Positions 43,228 through 43,250 of a stretch of DNA of 43,250 nucleotides are shown here, one piece after another; positions within the stretch are counted from its first letter, which is position 1; each line of letters starts with the position of its first letter. The stretch is from a virus: UHGV virus genome UHGV-0197604. One strand, given 5' to 3'. The notes beneath the pieces were generated by a model. The model was not told the DNA's origin and did not search any database. It worked only from the letters and a program-made list of their open reading frames with translations. A program made the position numbers and the translations under genes.

Positions 43228-43243
43228 TTGTCTATATTGACAA
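43228..43243 (+). promoter_or_regulatory. -35 box TTGACA (43237-43242) inside palindrome TTGTC-TATATT-GACAA (candidate RHH operator)
   Basis: Read directly; pairs with the -10 at 10-15 across the junction. Confidence 0.68.
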
Positions 43244-43250
43244 CGTATAA

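Larger units (their letters stand above)
1..43250. mobile_element. Temperate siphophage genome (integrase, lysogeny, replication, packaging, head, tail, lysis), probably circular/excised form
   Basis: Complete canonical module order, 1549-aa tape measure protein and no sheath gene. Intact attP-like region at 42885-43094. The end-to-start junction rebuilds a promoter. Confidence 0.93.

Noticed and set aside
1..43250. CRISPR array or mini-array, introns, inteins, stop-codon recoding
   Set aside because: No regularly spaced repeat-spacer units; terminase, portal, capsid, TMP and lysin are uninterrupted in the standard code.

Overview
The window is a complete or near-complete, very AT-rich temperate siphophage genome from a low-GC Firmicute host; an anaerobic coccus or clostridial host is my guess, unverified. 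It appears to be the circular (excised) form. An intact attP-like region follows the tyrosine integrase: a 16-nt tRNA 3'-end fragment between two 20-bp arm-type repeats. Joining base 43250 to base 1 also rebuilds a consensus sigma-A promoter. The minus strand carries cro, antirepressor, xis, recombination and replication genes (SbcC-like ATPase, RecT, MBL hydrolase, replisome organizer, SSB), an N6-adenine MTase, many small early genes, an ArpU/RinA-type late regulator, terminase, portal, head, tail and lysis genes, then hicAB and DUF6275. The plus strand carries the lysogeny module (CI, DUF4041/GIY-YIG protein, lipoprotein, integrase) and a three-gene accessory operon between attP and the lysis end. 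Most interesting: (1) that operon of small acidic proteins ending in an RHH-fused gene, with a palindromic operator on its -35 and 23-bp flanking direct repeats, a candidate anti-CRISPR/anti-defence (acr-aca-like) cassette; (2) an antisense insert in the late leader with an unannotated 24-aa type I-like toxin and a separately transcribed ~145-nt structured RNA; (3) a MuF/minor-capsid protein fused to an Ntox50-like RNase toxin with an immunity gene, near a phage tRNA-Tyr; (4) many intrinsic terminators in the late operon, implying antitermination; (5) a TA-slippage frameshifted gene, tandem pseudoknots before the scaffold gene, and a recombination-site-like element inside the lysis cassette. 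Family assignments come from motif recognition by eye, not from database searches.
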